Source: Schizochytrium sp. TIO01 (Eukaryota; Protista; Bigyra: Labyrinthulomycetes). From it: 64,000 nt of DNA. A program made the position numbers and the translations under genes. Shown here one piece after another: positions 47,376 to 62,134 of the stretch (the first letter of the stretch is position 1; each line of letters begins with the position of its first letter). The DNA lies in assembly GCA_004764695.1 (NCBI GenBank), contig SMSO01000014.1:987648-1051647 (forward strand). Direction: 5' to 3'. The notes under the pieces are model-generated. The model saw nothing but the letters and a program-made list of their open reading frames with translations, did not search any database and was not told the DNA's origin.

Positions 47376-49637
47376 GTTTATGCACTCAGTCATTTAGATT
47401 GTCTTTAAATTCTGCCTGCTCGTTTGCCTTAGCGCGCGTTCACTTCCCGTTATCACCACAGTCTTACTTTCTTCACCTAAACTTGTTTTTGAAATTAACA
47501 AATCCAAGAGGCGAATGAAAGCCTAAGAAAGGCTGCAGGATCAACATTTTGTCGAACGAATTGTACAAGCACGCTTAGCATATCATCTGTTGCTGGATAA
47601 GCTATCTACTGAGTGCAGCAATATGAAATTTCATGCCACAAAAATGACATCGAGGGAAAATCATCAATCAACTGACATTATTATAGCACCTACCTGCCCT
47701 AAATGCGCTATTATAATCAAAGCTACTCATGGGGTTTAAGCCGTGATAATTACCGAACGAAATTATACTTGCATCAAAGAGGATAGTCTAAAGCAGAATG
47801 AGGTCAGGCAAATGCTGGTGTGAATTGTTGATTTTAAAATCTACTCTAACAGGCGAATTCGATGCTCAACGGTGCTCTTCAGTAATTTTAGACAAGCCAG
47901 GAGAAACCTAAACGTTAAAGAAACTCAAGCTAGTGTTGCTGTGGTCCTGTGCGAAAATTGCGAAAAAGTAGAGGGTTTCAAAGCAAGGAGCTAAAACACG
48001 GGTGATTTGACTCCACAATTTGAGGTTTTTCTCTATCATTTCCTTTCCTTTACCAAAGTCGAGGCTCTCTTATTTTTTCATATAACCTGTAAGTCAGTCT
48101 GTCTTTAACTTCCTGTCGATACGAAGCAAAATCTGGATATTTGGACACACCCATCGTCCAAGGAAAAGGGCGACCCCTTACTCTCCAAGGCGGCACTCGA
48201 AGGCAAATACTATGACATTGTAGTAAGACTCGGAAGATTAACTTGAATGCAATTAGGCCGAGGCAGGCAGAAATGAATCCCCTGAAGCAAATTGGGTACT
48301 GCTAGTTAGCTATTAATTAGACTGTCTAACATGAAAGGGGATGTCAATCAATATCGGTTAGATGTTTTCTTGGGTAGTTCTAGAGCTTGGAATGTTATCA
48401 AATTGCAGAGTAAATTCGTTGGCAGGTACTTAGTAGGGTCGAATGCAAGTTAGTCTTTTAATTAAGCCCAAAGTGAGCCTTTTCCAAGTACTGAGAGACA
48501 TCTGATATTCTCCGGAAAACTTACCAGAGACGACAGCTTTGGAGCGCCTCCCCTCTAAACTTCGAAAAGTGTGGTCCAACGGAGCACCTTTCGGTGGACC
48601 TTCAGCACGCGTGTAACACAGTGATGCGTCCTGGAGAGACTGGCGAAATGGCCGAGAGCCTCAATATAAAATCTAGGTTGGATCGGCGCCTTCCCCTTGG
48701 AGACGAACATCGAATGTTGGTCGCTCGTTCTAATGCCTGGATACCTCGATCGACTATTTCACCAGTATTACTTACTTCTCAGTTTTGCATTACTTTACAA
48801 GAAAGGCAAGAGAGGGAAAGAGAGCAAGAGAAGAAAGACGTTGTTTTCCAAATCGCAATGACTTTACACTACAATCATATTTGTTCGATTGAATCAAATC
48901 GAAACCTAAAACCAATTGATTTTCTTCAGACACGTTTTACAAATATATTATTTTTTAAATAAAATAAAACAAATTAAATTAACTTTTTTTAAATAATTAA
49001 TTCAATCAGTAAAAAATAACTCAATAACCAAATGTAATAATATCAGGACCCAGTTAGTGCTTGGAATGCCACGATATAAGAAGTGCCTACGCCGCCATTG
49101 TTCACCATCATCCTTCTCCAATCTAATGGAAGCACACCAACGATTCGTTCTAGCTCTTGGAACAGCGAGTGAGCGAGCGTGCAAACCTAAAGCGTACAAG
49201 CGTGCATCTCACGATCAACTTTGATTTTCTACGCCGTCGTGGTCCCACAGGCGTGCGCTCTGCAAAAAAGATACAAAGCCAAAGACTCATTCATCCACGC
49301 AGCATTATTATGCATATACATACAGCAACGCAGTGTTTCGGAAAGAAAGCAAAAACCGCATTGCAGGCCAGAAAGAAAAGATCACCTGCATATTTGCGTC
49401 CTGATTCGAGACGACGCCCTCCTCTGCCCTTGAATGGCTTGGCGAGGCGAGTCCACTCGCGACATGGACGTTCCCTCCGAAGCGAACCCATTACGTTCTC
49501 CAAGCTCGTGGATTGCATCAAGGTATGAAAGAAAGTCCAAGGACTCTGCTGCTGTAGCGATAGCTTAGGGACTGCTAACACAGCTTCGATCGTTTGACTG
49601 CCGCGCAGAAAGATGCGATGGACAGCAGAAGAGAAGA

Positions 49638-49683
49638 GAAGAAGAAGAAGAAGAAGAAGAAGAAGAAGAAGAAGAAGAAGAAG
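49638..49683. repeat. (AAG)n microsatellite
   Basis: Read directly from the sequence. Confidence 0.95.
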
Positions 49684-51972
49684 CATCAGGAGCAGCCTCG
49701 TTAAATAAGCCTATCTTCAACTGGCTTGCTTGAAGAACAGGGATACTCCGGGAAACCCTGAAAATCCCTATCAAGCGAGCTCCGTGCTAGACGAGTCATG
49801 ACATCACTTTACTTGTTCATGCCTGGAGCCTGCCATCGCGATGGCGTCAGGCAAGTCTCCAATCATTTGCACGATGGCGGCGAGTCGGCAGATGAGAAAT
49901 GGTCAATACACAGCGCGAAGACTTTATTATAAGTTAATTAATATATTTATTTTTATTTTATAAATTATAAATTATAAAATTATAAAATAGAGAAGATTTT
50001 ATAAATTCATACCCTGCCATATTTGTAAGCAAATGTATCTTTCTTTTTAAAGCAAAGGAAAAGAAAAAGATCCTTTCGTTATCGCAGTTTTGGTAAGATT
50101 GTCAACATAATTATGACATAGGTAGTACGAAGCACTAAGCCTTTTGGACGTCTTGCTTGATATGGCTTCTTTCTTCCTTCTTTTCTCAAAGCAACTTGAA
50201 GGAACTTGAAATGCCAACTTCCAAATAGACCTCGACGAGAAACGACTTGGGGATTCCACTTTCATGGAGTTCCCGAGTTCTGGGAAAGCTACTACCCCGA
50301 AATCCTCCTCTTGCTCCACTGAAGAAGTAGGTGACAGTGGTGAGGAACCCGTAATTGCATATTATCCCTTACACTGAGGGGTACCAATCGGGGAATGAAC
50401 GTTGAAATGTTTTGAAACCAAGGATAGTTCTGATCATAAGCAGGGGAAGCGGGGGACGCGGCGCAGATCATATCAAGGCATTGTAAGTAAGTGATGCTTC
50501 GATCGATGGATGCGTGGATCGGATGTCGTGTCTCGGAGGCCTTCTCCGCCTTAAGCTTGGCAGCTCGTACGAGGTAGCAGTAGTAAGTTTGCTCGGGCTG
50601 TGTCGAGTCGCGTCAAATGCTCTAGCTAGAATGCACTAGAATGATTGATTCAATCTTTAAGTATAAAAAAATGGAAAGTCTCAAATGTATTCTTAATAAA
50701 TTACTAAATTATATGCATGTATAAGAAAAGAATTACGTAATTTTATAATGCTCTTTTAATTTTAAAATGAAGATACAGGGTTGGTTGGCGCCTGCCATGA
50801 AGTAAAATCGACATGGCGAGCACGAGAGTGCTTACAGAAAGGACACCAAAGTCGGGAATGAACAGCCATAGCTGAGGCAAGGTTCATCCTGTATTCTCAT
50901 TGTTTCGAAGACTCCATGTCCTAAGGAGCGAATAGTGCGTAGCGTCCCTCGCTCTGCTCCGGCCCTTCTGCTTCCCTCGGCGTGTGAACAGCTTTAGGTG
51001 CTGTAAGCGTAGAAAGTTCTAAGAGTACCACTTCTTTTTTTGTGTACTCCCTTCTTAAAACTAATGTCCTTCTCGAGGCGAGGGTTTTTAATTCTTCTCC
51101 TCCTAACAATAACACTCGAACAAACCAAACTTGTTACACGTTTCTAAACAGACCAAGGATTATTGTTTGTTTCAATTTTACAAATTAAATTTTAAGAATT
51201 CTTCATTTTCGGAGCGAACTTTAAAAAAAACAATTTAAAACAAAATTGCTGTGATAAAATATCTAAATACTTTCAGGAGAAGAGACGAGGGTGCTAGTCC
51301 CTAGCTAGCCAGCTGCTCTAGTACACCGTGTGCGAGTCTCAAAAACTAGAATGGATCGGCCAAGCTCGGGCCGGCCTCGAAGGCGCGTACTTTCTGCGCA
51401 ATGCGAAAGGCTGAAAGGCAGAGCAGCACAGGCGTCCCTGTGGCCTGAACACCGGAGAGATTGCTACCGCTGAGGAGGAGTCAAGCGCCGCGTTGGACTC
51501 AGCATCGTCTGATGAGGCCTCAGAAAGAGAGAAAAAGAGAAAAAGAAAGAAAGAAAGAAAAGTAAAGAAAAGGAAAGGAAAGGAAAGTAAAGAAAAGGAA
51601 AGTAAAGAAAAGGAAAGTAAAGAAAGCAGTGACCGGCCGGCCGACCGACAGAATCGCGATGATTGTTTACTGTAGCTGGAAACATATGTTGCCAATTTTG
51701 GAATATCGCACGCAGGCTCAAGCAAGAAGCCTGAGCAAGCAAGAAACTTAATCCAAGCAAGCGATCTAAGCAAGCGGCTAGCTAGCTAGCTACCGCATAA
51801 TAGTTCAGAATACCTGGCTAGGTCAAGATAGGCCTAAACTAGAACGCTGGCCCCTATCTAAGCCGCAATTAGCGCCATGTCGTCGGCGCGTGAGCGTAAA
51901 GAAAGTCCTACTTGCTCGAAGGCTTCCCTCGGAGGCGCTCGTTAATCAGGGAGTTCGTTTCCCAACTTTCTG

Positions 51973-51985
51973 CAACAACAACAGC

Positions 51986-52026
<41 letters not shown>
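51973..52026. repeat. (CAA)n microsatellite
   Basis: Read directly from the sequence. Confidence 0.93.
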
Positions 52027-54960
52027 GAATTGCAACAACAATTACAGCAAGAAGAGGAGAGGAGTCTGGCCGGAGAGAGAGAAAGCAAGATTATCATGAA
52101 TTTTACGAATTTTGCGATTCCATCGCGTAAAGCATGCGGAAGTGTGAACCGAAAGGGCCGCCGAGGTCAGGCCCCGTAGGAGGGGACGGCTTCGACTTGG
52201 CCCTCTGAGACTGCGAGCCAGCGTGCATTGCGGACTACTGTGCCTTTCAGTGCTTGCTTTCCTCTAATCGACCGTCTGCAGAAGTAGCGGCGAAAAGGGC
52301 TGAAAAGAGCTGAAAAGGGTGAAAATCTATCTCACTGTGAAAGCGAGTCATTGGCGATTCATACTCTCGGCTGAGGAAGTACCTAAGAAGCGCAGGCGAA
52401 TTGATCGTTTGTTGGGCTATGAGGACGACCAAAGGCAGTTGCTTTATTTTTTTTTGTTACGTATATCAAAGCAGCCAACCAAGGAAATAAACGAATGAAT
52501 GAATTAATAAATGTATTAATTAATTAACAGAGAATGCAAGATTTGATGTTGTATGATACCAAGGATGGTGTGTGGATTTCAACAAGGAAGACCTCTTGGC
52601 AAGAGCTGGAACATACCCGTGTCCTAACGTGCAGACTGGCGCGCCTTGTGCACTGTACCATCACGTCGCAAAGAGCAAGCAAGCAAGCAAGCAAGCAAGC
52701 AAACAAGCAAGTAAGCGCCGCGAAGCACACATTTTACTTGAAGGAATGAAGAAGATTTTGCACACCACTATTGCCAATATGAAGGTTTAATGAAAAAGAA
52801 AGAAAGAAGAAAGAAAGAAAGAAAGAAAGAAAGGAAGAAGTGCTACCTTACGCAGCGTTACTGCGCTTAAGACCGTCTGATCGTCCTCATCGTGGTTAGG
52901 ATTCTTCGCTTTCTCTTCTAGTTAAGGTACCACCACTGTAATCGGCGGATGAACTCGCGCACTTGTACCGAGATCTCGTGTTCCAATCGATGCGTGCTTA
53001 ACTACGTTCACGCTTAGCAAGCACTCTCCTTTTTGAAGAGAAGAAAGAGCCTTTATTCTTTGCAATAAACTTCTAAGATAGCTAGCTACTATGCCCCCCT
53101 CCTATCCTTCCCTTGCCTTCTATTTTAATGTTAAATCCTCATTTCAAAATAAAATCACAGAAATAAAAAAGAGTAAGAAATCCTTCGGCGACAAAGATTG
53201 GAATTTTCCAAAGAAGAAAGAAAGAAAGAGGGGAAACAGAAAGAGAAAGCAAAAAAGAAAGATAGCAAAAAGAAAGATAGCAAAAAAGAAAGAACCTCAG
53301 TCTCCGTCTCACTGACACCCAAATACAGTTTGGCAACAGACAGACTGAGAGGGCGTCCAAAGATGAGCACTCGTGGCAAGAAAAGAAGAAAAAGAAGAAC
53401 GCGTTGCCTTCTTAACAGCTCGAATCAGAGCCATCGTAAGGGCCGACTAGAGGCTGAATGAATGGCTGACTTAGCGACGCAGTGAGTGAGGTCAGAGAGT
53501 GAGTAATGCGCCCTCTCTGTTTCTAGCCAAATGCTCTGCTCGTGCCATATACTCTAACTATACTTCGAGGAAAGAGTATCCCGACTGCACAGATGGAGCG
53601 CCCTTCTTCTCACCATCTCTAAAAGCTGGCCTTCTCGAGTAGGTAACCGCTACGGGGTGCTAGGCGGGCACTTGAATTTTATCTTGAAAACAAAGTGATC
53701 GATAAATCATCGTCATTCTTTGCTCATCTCTGGCTAGGCCTACGGATGATCGGCTCTATATGCTTCGAATGGCGTCTTGGATGTGCTCGTTTATTCGAGT
53801 CGGTCTCCGTGGTCTCTCGATGGGAGTGTCCCTCGCGCTTCCTTGGCGGCTCCTGTTTGTTATTCTAATTATTTATTTTATTTATTTATTTTGTTTCTTT
53901 AGAGAATTAAAAGTAGATAAATCCATGAACAACAATGTAGCAGGCTTTGAAAGCTTATTATATATGCAAAAGCGAGTGAAAAATAGGCGCAGCAGTTACT
54001 CTCTTTGATTGTAATTTGATGCAAGGCCTTTCTCTCGCCTTGCTGCGGCTTCTTCTTTCTCGTAACTTGACTGGCTGGCCTCACCTCGTGACAGCAGCGA
54101 GGAGCCTGGGCTCCTTCTTTCGTTGCTTTCCGGAGCCATTCGCTCATTCCAACTTAGAACGACATTTCCACAAGACCAAAATGATGGATGACCTGTTTCA
54201 CTTCTTCTATTCTGCTTCTTCTATTAATTTAAAAAAAAATACTATGAAAAATGTAATGTAAAATGTAAAATGTAAAATGTAGACAATGAATGAAGTGGCC
54301 TAGTCACAGCACTAAGTAGCCCCTACCACCTACCTACCTATCACCAGCTAGCAGAGCCTGCTTCCCCTCGTTGGATTCCGCATCGCCCCTCACTCTTAGC
54401 TGTATTCGCTATGGGTCAGCTATCAACAGGGAATCGAGGCACGGGTCCAGCCCCCTCTTTCCATGATGGAATTATTTAATTATTTATAATGAATGATATG
54501 ACACTAACCCAATTACTATTTTATTTTATCAGAGGAGACAGGCGGGACTAGGCCCCAAAGCTAATTACAACTACTGTGAATGAAAACAAACAACAAATAA
54601 AAGGAATTCCTACCTTCTTTCTACCCGCTAAGCGGGATTAAGAACTTAGAATTGGAAACTTTAGGGACTCACTCACTCACTATTCTTATGAGTTCGAAGA
54701 GGGCACAACCAACCAACCAACCAACCAACCACTGTGATCCATCGATTCGATTGATTCGATCGATCGATTGATTGATTGACTGATTGATTGATTGATTGAA
54801 ACTCCGAACTTGAAAGCTGCTGACGAATCCAATCTTCTTTCGCAGCCTTCGAAGCCTTCGTGAGAAAGCACGAAATGCATGCGCCTCATCGAGCTTCCTC
54901 AGCCCTCTTTCCCGGAGCAGCTTTCGGCTGACTCGGTCTCAATCACTCACCCAATTTAAC

Positions 54961-55044
54961 CTTTCTCTTTCTGCTTTCTCTTTCTGCTTTCTGCTTTCTG
55001 CTTTCTGCTTTCTGCTTTCTGCTTTCTCTTTCTGCTTTCTGCTT
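54961..55044. repeat. (CTTTCTG)n heptamer repeat
   Basis: Read directly from the sequence. Confidence 0.9.
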
Positions 55045-56606
55045 TGAGTGAGTGAGTGAGTTCTAATACACAGTGAAAGCAACAAAATAGAATATCATTC
55101 TATGCATGCATGCAAGCATGCATTCATGCAGCATAAGAAGTATAGGGCAAAGGAGCGTGAGTAGCACTGTCTAGACCAAGTCTAGCGCGTGGAAGGTGGC
55201 AAACGAAGCTACAACGAAGTGAGAGGGGTCCTGAGGCGCCTAATTTCAAGGCGAGGGCCGCTGTGCTTGCTTCTGCAGACCTGCCTGGCCCATCGATCGA
55301 TCCATGGGTTTGTGTGTGTGCCTGCGTGTGTGTTTGTGTGGAAGAGAGGGAGCGTGAGAAGGTAGGTACGTGGTCACTACTACGCTGCCTTTGGTCTACG
55401 GTTGCTTGGTTTCTTTGTAATTTTCATGATTTTCAACTTGTTTGCTCCCGTAAGTTCCCCTTTAGCTAGCTAACTAGCTAGATAAGCTAAGCTAAGCTAA
55501 GCTAAGCTAAGCTAAGTTCTGCTGCTCCTTTCCTTCTATTGCCTGTAATTGAAATCATTGAAAGCAGGTTTTAGATTCTCCAGTCTCCTTTGGACAACGA
55601 GGGCGATTTGAACCTCCTCGACCACTCTGTCGTAGGGAAATAAGTAGGAAGATAAGCAGGCGACTAGACTAGGCACCTGGTAGCACCTGCTTAGTAGGTA
55701 CCTAGGTGCCTACCTACCTACCTGTACTTACTTACTCACTTACTTACTCACTCACTTACTTACTCACTCGCCTTTTGAAAATCTGAAGCAAGAAATCCAA
55801 AAGAAAACCAACTTCTTCTTTGTTTTTGTTTCTTTGTTTGTTTGTTTGTTTGTTGTTGTTTGGGGGGTTGTTGCCTAGGACCCACCTAACAGGCGCCTAG
55901 CGCACCGGGTCTTCGTATAGGCGCGAAGCTGATGTGCCAGAATAAGAAGGACGAGCATCGAAGAGGAAAGAACGCAAAGGGAAACAATGGAAAGCTTGCT
56001 TGCATTGACTCCGTATGAATTGACAGCACAGGAGTTGCTGATGTCACCGTCATCATCGCAGCGCCGCCAACCTCGGTCCTCCGATTCGTTGGGAGGGAGG
56101 TTACAGCTTTTGTAAATTGCAAATGCCAGTAAGTTTCTATCTGCCGTTGTGCAAAGAAACAATTTGCAACCCCAAATCCACGAACCACTTCAAGCTCATC
56201 CTCTTCATGCGTGATGTAACACCCACCTGCATTTCCAAACGGACAAAGCCATAACCCAACGAAATACAAACCATACCATCGAAGCTCTCGTTGGCGTGCT
56301 CTGTAATGAATGAATGAATATTCATGAATATCCAGTTTCCTCGACGCTTTTTCCACGCAGAGAGAGACAGAACCTTTTCCAAAATGTTTGACATGAAGCA
56401 AAATACATTGACTGCAGCCGCAGCGACCAATCATGAAAAGGCCCACAAAGATACAATACTTAGGCCCCTTTCTCTCTGCGCTGGATAGCACAAGAACGAA
56501 CACACTCTCTCTCGTGCCGTCATATTCACCTCTATTCAATTCACTCCATTGAGCCATCATTCATGCCCCTAGCTAGCTAGCGAGTTAGCTAGCCAGGCCG
56601 CTAAGC

Positions 56607-56644
<38 letters not shown>

Positions 56645-56652
56645 GAGATAGA

Positions 56653-56684
<32 letters not shown>

Positions 56685-58798
56685 TTGAAACCACAAAACT
56701 CTCTAAACCAGGACTCAGGGAAAGGAAGGAGGTCTTCCTTCCTGCGTTTGGGCTGAAGAAGATCAAGAAACAAAAAACGATTGGCGCTCGCTGAGAGCTG
56801 CTTGGGTGTCTGCACGTAAGTCAGTCAGTCAGTCAGTCAGTTAGAGCGCCATCGTTCCACTGCATTGGCTGCAGTCTGGTGGGTAAGATCGTGCAGCATC
56901 TGCAAACTTATTGCATCATGTCTATAAATGTACTTTGGGCGCCTCTCGTTGCTAATAGGATGCATGCAGCTCATTCCCCTGGAGTGCTAGGCCCCGCTAG
57001 CGGTAACGGTAGGCTACTATGGGTTCTACTGGTACGAAAAGAAAAAAAATGAACCAAAGAGAAGAAAGACGTTTCCCTGCATTTTGAGTGCGATGTTTTC
57101 TCATAGCAAGCAAGGGGTAAATCTTTGGGCAAACGCCCAGTTCAACGAGAAGAGACCGTATTGTGCCAGGAATAGGACTCGCGTGGTGCCTACTCAGTCG
57201 ACGAGGTAGTTTATTCTCAGTGTGCCGATCGATAAAGGTCTCGCGTGGCCAGTTTTGTTCTTTGGAGAAGAACAGGTGTAAATAAAATGAAATGAAAAGC
57301 GGCTGCGAATGGAAAGATGACTTGTTTAGAGAACCGTGACGAATAGAAACAGGAAGATAGTGGGCTTTAAGAGGTTTACCACTTTTTTTTTCTTCATATG
57401 TGCAAACCAAAGGATAGAACTTCCAATTGATGTATTTACTGATCTCTTTTTTCTTCCCTTTCGTTTCTTATCGTTTCTTATCGTTTCTTGACTTGTTTTT
57501 AAATGAAATAATAGTATTCTCCAAATTATTTAAAATTGAAAAAGGAACTTATAGAGACTTCGTCTGCTTATTTATTATAAATGTAGATTTAAATCATTTC
57601 TTTTATCTAGTTTTTAATTTAAAATAAAGGTTACAAGAAGGAGGCCTTAGGCCAACCTTATCGAGGCCTAGGGACAACAAGTTCAACTTCTGCCCCATGC
57701 AAGTTAGCACTTTCAGTACTCTGCGCAGTAGTAGCCTCGCTTTAGTAGTTCATTCTTAGAATAAATCGAGCTCGTTCTGGTACTAAACAGAACCTAGGCA
57801 TCTTAAATCAAAGCTTTAAAGGAAGCTAGGTACATCTAGTTACTTACCTACCTGACAATCTTTTTGTATTTAAAGTGGAACCAAACATGTAAGAGTATAT
57901 CCGGTTTTAAAGTGAACTAAACTAAAAGCGGTTTGTACATTTAATTAATTATTTCATGCATTCATTCATTCATTCATAATTCATAATAATTCATAATAAT
58001 TCAATCAACACATTCGAAGAAGATTGCAATCAAAGCCTCTGACTCCGTTGCTCTTCGCGAGATGGACAAGCCACGCCCAGCGACTCTGCGCTGCGCCGAC
58101 CCACGGACGCCCCACGAAGCCGCCAAGCTCGTCTGAAGCTGACTAAGCAGCTAGCTGTCCACGAACGGTGAGGGCAAAGCAGCAGAGCAAGAAGAGCGGT
58201 CGACGCATCGAGAGCTCCAGGAGAGACGAAAGAAGCGAAAGAAAGCCCGGAGAAGGCTCCTCCGCCCGCGCTTGCTTGCTTGATTGCTTGCTTGCATGCT
58301 TGCTAGAGGCGAGGTAGGAGGCAGGCAGAGCGTAGCGAAGGGCCGCGCAGCGTGCAGCGCAGCGCGGCAAGGCAGAGCGGAGCGTCCGAGGATCCTCGCG
58401 TCCTCAAGTTCTTCGCTCCTCGCTTTCCTCTGATTCCTCGTGTTCTTCTTCCTCGTCTCTTTAAATTAAAACTTATTGCTGTTGTTATTGTTGTTATAAT
58501 TTATTTATTTTAGTTTGATTTGATTTTGTGATGATTCTTCTTTCTCTCTCCACTGTTCGTTTGTTCGTTCCACTTCCCCTTTTCTTTCTTTTTTCCACCA
58601 CCGTTTATTTAGTCAAAGCAAATCTGCACTTCTTCTCTTTCTTTGTCTCTACTCATTCTTTGACTGCCTTTTCTGCTCTTTTTCCTTTTCGAAGCACGTT
58701 CGTTCACTGCCTTCTTCACGAAATGAAAAGAAGTCTGGTCAAGAAATAGAAGAGACAAATCCTCACCAGAATATCGAAAGGCAAACAGACCAACCTCC

Positions 58799-58925
58799 CA
58801 ACAAACAAACAAACAAACAAACAAACAAACAAACAAACAAACAGACAAACAAACAAACAAACATGCAAACCAACAAGCAAATAAACAAACAAACAAACAA
58901 ACAAACAAACAAGCAAATAAATAAT
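58799..58925. repeat. (AAAC)n imperfect microsatellite
   Basis: Read directly from the sequence. Confidence 0.93.
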
Positions 58926-59442
58926 TACTTAAACAAGCAAGCGAAAGAACGAGCAGGTGCCCAATAAGGGAATTAGGCTCCTCCTCTGCCACATCGCGTG
59001 TGTCCTTGCTGCAGATCTCTCTGGTCGAGTTCTCCTCCTATCTCGAGCTAGCTGTCTCAACAAATAGAAAGCCAAAACTTTCCTTTCTTTTAACCTTTTG
59101 TAAAGAACAATTTATACATATATATATGCATGTGTAGTGCAATATAAAGCGATAAAGATGGAGAAAGAAAGAGGGCAGGGAATGAATCGATCATAGAGCG
59201 AATCGAGTCTCAATCATCATCATCATCATTCATTCATTCATTCATTCATTCATTCATTCATTCTGTGAGCCGAATAAAGCTCATCTGATCAAAGAAAGAT
59301 ACATACAGAGAAGAGGGAAATAAATAGGCCCTTCAATGCATTGCATTCTATGCGTGTTCGCGCCATTCATTATAAAGCGGTCACAGTCGATCGAAGATGA
59401 GTTGAGTTGAGTTGAGTTGATCGGCCAATGAATGAATGAATG

Positions 59443-59475
<33 letters not shown>

Positions 59476-59666
59476 CGAGACCGACGAAGCCCTTCCGTCG
59501 TTCGCTCCTCCCCCGAAAGGGGAGCGGGAGCAAGCGCCGCAGGGCCCCGACCCGCGCCTCCTCGAGAAGCCTGAAGCGTCCCGTCGCCGCAGAGGGAGCG
59601 CAGAAAGAGGTCCACGAGGAGAGAGGAGCGACAGAGCAGCAGCAGCAGCAGAAGAGCTCGCTGAGG

Positions 59667-59698
<32 letters not shown>

Positions 59699-60163
59699 GT
59701 TGCTTTCTCTTTCTGTTTATGTTTATGTTTATGTTTATGTGTCTCTCTATTTGTGGTAATAAGAAGCAGAGGAGGCGTACAGGGCCGCAGCCGTGGTGGT
59801 TCCCTTTGGATTCCTCTGGAGGGAAGAGTAGGAGTGCGTTAGGGGCCAGTTAGGGAAATATAGGCAGGGTCTCTCTGTTAGTTTGTTTAATTGCTTGTTT
59901 GTTTGATTGATTGATTGATTGATTGTATTTGTATGTTCGTTTGTATGTTGATAGATTGATAGATTGGTTGACTATTGCTTTGGGACGCTGTTGAAGTCGA
60001 AAAGGAGAGGGAGAGAAGCTCTATGAGGTCTGATTAATCGCACGTACGGACGTAGAGAGGCACGTAGAGAGACCCATGCACAGAGAGAGACACAGAGGAA
60101 TAGATAGATATATAGGTAGATAGATGGGTACGTTCGTCTGTCTGAGCTGGGACGGCGCTGGCT

Positions 60164-60560
60164 GTTTGCTTGTTTGTTTATTTGTTTATTTGTTTGTTTA
60201 TTTGTTTATTTGTTTGTTTATTTGTTTATTTGTTTGTTTATTTGTTTATTTGTTTGTTTATTTGTTTATTTGTTTGTTTATTTGTTTATTTGTTTGTTTG
60301 TTTGTTTATTTGTTTGTTTATTTGTTTATTTGTTTGTTTATTTGTTTATTTGTTTGTTTATTTGTTTATTTGTTTGTTTATTTGTTTATTTGTTTGTTTA
60401 TTTGTTTATTTGTTTGTTTATTTGTTTGTTTATTTGTTTGTTTATTTGTTTATTTGTTTGTTTATTTGTTTATTTGTTTGTTTATTTGTTTATTTGTTTG
60501 TTTATTTGTTTATTTGTTTGTTGGTTTGTTTATTTGTTTATGGGTGCTTTTGTTTGCTTG
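60164..60560. repeat. (TTTG/TTTA)n tract with a 20-nt higher-order unit TTTGTTTATTTGTTTGTTTA
   Basis: Read directly from the sequence. Confidence 0.95.
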
Positions 60561-60660
60561 TTGGTCCTTTAGAGTGCTTGTAAGTGATAGTAAATCGATC
60601 GGTTTCTGCGAAGGCGGCCCAAAAATGAAAGGAAGGAAAACATCATTTACTGCTCCTGGT

Positions 60661-60912
60661 CAAACAAACAAACAAACAAACAAACAAACAAACAAACAAA
60701 CAAACAAACAAACAAACAAACAAACAAACAAACAAACAAACAAACAAACAAACAAACAAACAAACAAACAAACAAACAAACAAACAAACAAACAAACAAA
60801 CAAACAAACAAACAAACAAACAAACAAACAAACAAACAAACAAACAAACAAACAAACAAACAAACAAACAAACAAACAAACAAACAAACAAACAAACAAA
60901 CAAACAAACAAA
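60661..60912. repeat. (CAAA)63 perfect microsatellite
   Basis: Read directly from the sequence. Confidence 0.97.
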
Positions 60913-62076
60913 CAGACAAGGCCATCTCAAGAGACGGAAAAGGTGAGACTGCGATTCAATTCAGTCAGTGAAGTGAAATTGTAAACAGGTAACTTCATAA
61001 TATCTATCCTGATTCTTCGCCGCAAGGATTTCTAAGAACTGCACAAAAAAGAAGAAGAAAAACGATACGTTAGTTTGTTTGATTGTTTTGAAAAAAGAAC
61101 TTCATCAATGATTAAACTTTCAATAAAATAAAAAGAAAAGCAAGTGCATGGAATAAAAATAAATAAAGGAAGGAAGGAAGGGAAGTGAGCACTTCCTTCC
61201 TTCTCAATCAATTGATTCTCGAACATCGATAATAAGTCGGGAAAGAAATAAACCAATCGATTATAAAATTGACTTTTCATTACCCAAGACCTCCTCCGCC
61301 TCCAGCGTCGCCCTTTCCGGACTCTTCACACTGGCTGAAGAAGACGCTTAGTGAGTCTTTAGATGCGCATTTTGCTTGGAATCGCGAGCGATTGATCGCC
61401 GATTGATTCCACTGTGGAAATAAACAAACAACCAAATAAATAAATAAACAAGAAACAAACAAAAAAAATAAAAAATAAACAAACAAACAAACAAAGCAGA
61501 AAGAAAGGAAGGAAGAAAGGAAAGAAACGCCAAGGAGACGAGTAGCAAGTTTCTAGAGAGGGCAGAAGAGTAGAGGCTTTTGTTGGCATGTTCCAGAGTT
61601 GACTTGCTTAGGCTCAATTAGCTGTTTGATAAAGTTTTTCTTCTTATCGTTTCTTTTTAAAGTCTGAGTGGTTTGGACCCAACTCATTGATTCATATATT
61701 CTTACCGTAACAAAAGGACTCCGTGACGAGCGAGAGGACTTCTTTTAGTCAGGTATTGAAAGCAAAAGAGTTTTTGGTTTTCTCTCTCTCTTTCTTCTTT
61801 ACTTAAAAAGAATACGTATATATATATATGCATGGAAGAGTGAAAGAAAAGAGAATCGACATTGGAATTGAAAAGGGAGCAAAACCTTTATTAATAGGGA
61901 AGGCCTCGGTCTTGGTCTCGGAGGTCACAGATTGACGGGGTAAGAGACACGGCGTAGAGACAAACAGACCAGCAACGTAGAGCTGACAGTCAGTGCCTAG
62001 TGCAAGAGAAAGCATCGAGAAGAAGAAGCAAAGGAATAGTTCAGATCCAGGAAGCAAACAAGAAGTGGCAAAGAGC

Positions 62077-62134
62077 GTACGTGGCTTCTCTCTGTTTCTT
62101 CTTTCTTTGTTTCTCTGTTTCCTGTTCACCGCAG
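62077..62134 (+). other. Probable 5'-UTR intron of the AP2 gene (the acceptor is more certain than the donor)
   Basis: The donor gtacgtggc is identical to the PSMA7 donor. A ~45-nt polypyrimidine tract ends in ccgcag at 62134, 113 nt before the ATG. Confidence 0.5.

Noticed and set aside
35461-56560. Long ORFs in the desert (e.g. 35461-36084, 39232-39837, 45170-45844, 55886-56560)
   Set aside because: No recognisable domains, no codon bias like the real genes, and they often pass through microsatellites.
60124-60984. 286-aa ORF (FVCL/KQTN repeats) and its overlapping ORFs
   Set aside because: Open only because the TTTG/TTTA and CAAA repeats lack stop codons; no coding signal.
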